A stretch of 64,000 nucleotides of DNA from Candidatus Hydrogenedentota bacterium (lineage in GTDB: Bacteria > Hydrogenedentota > Hydrogenedentia > Hydrogenedentales > SLHB01): positions 32,001-96,000 of the forward strand of contig CAXXTH010000023.1 of NCBI GenBank assembly GCA_963668025.2, given 5' to 3'. This document shows positions 62,551 to 64,000 of this stretch, piece after piece. Positions within the stretch are counted from its first letter, which is position 1. Each line of letters begins with the position of its first letter. The position numbers were made by a program, and so were the translations under genes. A model generated the notes under the pieces. It saw nothing but the letters and a program-made list of their open reading frames with translations, had not been told where the DNA came from and searched no databases.

Positions 62551-64000
62551 TCAGCTCTTGAGCCAAGCCAGATTGAACTGGTAATGCAGGCCGCTGGATA
62601 TCAGATGGATCATCTTGTCTGGGGTTTGCGTGGCGGCCATATAACCGCATGGTTCGGCATGCGTTTCGTCCGCATGGAAGGATTGGATAGCGCCGCGCGT
62701 CTGGTAATCGCCTGGCCAAGGCGTGAGAAGCTTGCGTACCGGCCAGCTTGCACCCTCGTCCTCGGAGATGGCGGCAAACAGACCGGAGCCCTCGAATACT
62801 TGCCCATCTGCTCCCACAAAGGGGAGCGTTTGTTCCTTGTCGCGCGGCCCGGTGAAGGACACAAACAACAGAGGACCTTCGCTCAGCCGTATCAGCACCA
62901 GGCGCTGGCCGCCAGAAATGGGCGGCCACGGACTGGCGTGATAGGTCCAGGTGCGGCCCATATCCACCGAGAGGCTCATGGGCATCTGGCCATCTATCGA
63001 GTCGCCTCGCCCGAAGGCCATCAGCCGTCCATCGGTGAGGGAAACCACGCCGGCGTGAATGCCCGCAATCGTACCGCCTTGGCCGCCCGCGACGAAGGCC
63101 GGTGCTGGCGCGCCCGCACCCGGATCGTTCCATGTTTGGCCATTGTCGCGGCTGATGTGTATGGCTGCACCGCCGTCTCCGCCATAGACCGCATCGCATG
63201 CTTGGATCATCACGCCATCCGCAGTGCATGATGCGCCAGAAATCACCTGATTACGGGGCTGGTGTTCAGGCTCGATGAGACGTGGTTTGCTCCAGGTCGC
63301 GCCGTTGTCGGTGCTGGTTCGCATCACGAGGGCCAAGTTAGCCCAGCCAGCGCCAGCCTCCAATCCGTTGAAATGATAAATCGTTCCTTTGCCGTCATGA
63401 AACAGGCTGGAACCGGTCATATTCCGGTCGGGAGCTTTAAAAAATTCGCTAGCGGGATCCCAGTGATCGCTGCCTGCCCGGCGTCGGCTCGCCGCAATCG
63501 TCATCTCCCGTCCCCGCTCGGAAATGGTGGAAAACCACACCGCCAGCAGGTCGCCATTGGGACACCACGTGATGGAGGGACAATGATTGTGGGCGTCATA
63601 TAATGGCCCGTTAGCGTCCGCAGGGATGATCACAAACGACTCCGGTTTGGCGAAGAAAGGTTCATGCGAGTCTGGACCATGGGACCAGTCGTATGTGTTC
63701 TGGCGCACCTCTTTCGTCCACAGCGGCGGCTCGGGCGGAGGCATGGGAACGGTGTTGGGCAAATCGGCCTGCACCACGCGAAAGCCGATGAGCCAATGCT
63801 TATCTTCGGGCAATGCGCCCAAGCGGTTGGCGCTCCGCAAAGACTTGAGCTCGGTGTTATGGCTGCCGCCTCGAGAAACCCTCATGTCTCCAGAGGCATA
63901 GCCTAGCGGGTCGGTTTGTGGTTCGGATGGATAGGGACCATAGATGTCGTAACACCACTCTTCCACATTGCCGTGCATATCGTGCAAGCCCCACGGATTA
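62551..64000 (-). CDS. Formylglycine-generating-enzyme (SUMF1) domain fused to a BNR/sialidase domain; 5' end outside the window
   Basis: [24 protein letters not shown]; Asp-boxes S.D.G.TW repeated four times. Confidence 0.9.
   Translation of the reverse strand, partial: NPWGLHDMHGNVEEWCYDIYGPYPSEPQTDPLGYASGDMRVSRGGSHNTELKSLRSANRLGALPEDKHWLIGFRVVQADLPNTVPMPPPEPPLWTKEVRQNTYDWSHGPDSHEPFFAKPESFVIIPADANGPLYDAHNHCPSITWCPNGDLLAVWFSTISERGREMTIAASRRRAGSDHWDPASEFFKAPDRNMTGSSLFHDGKGTIYHFNGLEAGAGWANLALVMRTSTDNGATWSKPRLIEPEHQPRNQVISGASCTADGVMIQACDAVYGGDGGAAIHISRDNGQTWNDPGAGAPAPAFVAGGQGGTIAGIHAGVVSLTDGRLMAFGRGDSIDGQMPMSLSVDMGRTWTYHASPWPPISGGQRLVLIRLSEGPLLFVSFTGPRDKEQTLPFVGADGQVFEGSGLFAAISEDEGASWPVRKLLTPWPGDYQTRGAIQSFHADETHAEPCGYMAATQTPDKMIHLISSGLHYQFNLAWLKS

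Overview
64-kb bacterial chromosomal window. It is probably from Candidatus Hydrogenedentes or a similar poorly cultured lineage; this is inferred from lipoprotein 'LAGCP' starts and gene style, and the 16S needs classifying. The first 18 kb is an IS hotspot. A Tn5/IS50-like IS4 element inserted into the loop of a 24-bp-stem hairpin. It was then split by a 1822-bp DDE IS and by an IS1380 element, and picked up a 5-bp duplication. A 13.3-kb segment is inverted between two inverted copies of the 1822-bp IS, as shown by target-site duplications swapped between the copies. The same region holds an ISAs1 element that carries a passenger ORF and a nested 122-bp MITE, plus an IS1182 element. The middle of the window holds housekeeping and metabolic genes (sulfotransferase, degenerate MEMO1, divergent ETF pair, transglutaminase-like protein, glgC, DUF4091 protein) and a complete rRNA operon (16S, tRNA-Ile, tRNA-Ala, 23S, 5S) preceded by five tandem sigma70 promoters on ~129-bp structured repeats. 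The right part has a histidine kinase / HD-GYP / HDOD signalling cluster, an AT-rich orphan islet flanked by a 92-bp direct repeat of a promoter-RBS module, sugar-catabolism-type genes, tRNA-Pro(GGG), a sodium symporter with two URO-D-like genes and a partial FGE-sulfatase/sialidase gene. A recurrent family of 9-10-nt periodic intergenic repeats marks the AT-rich islets. All product calls come from motif recognition by eye; no database searches were run.
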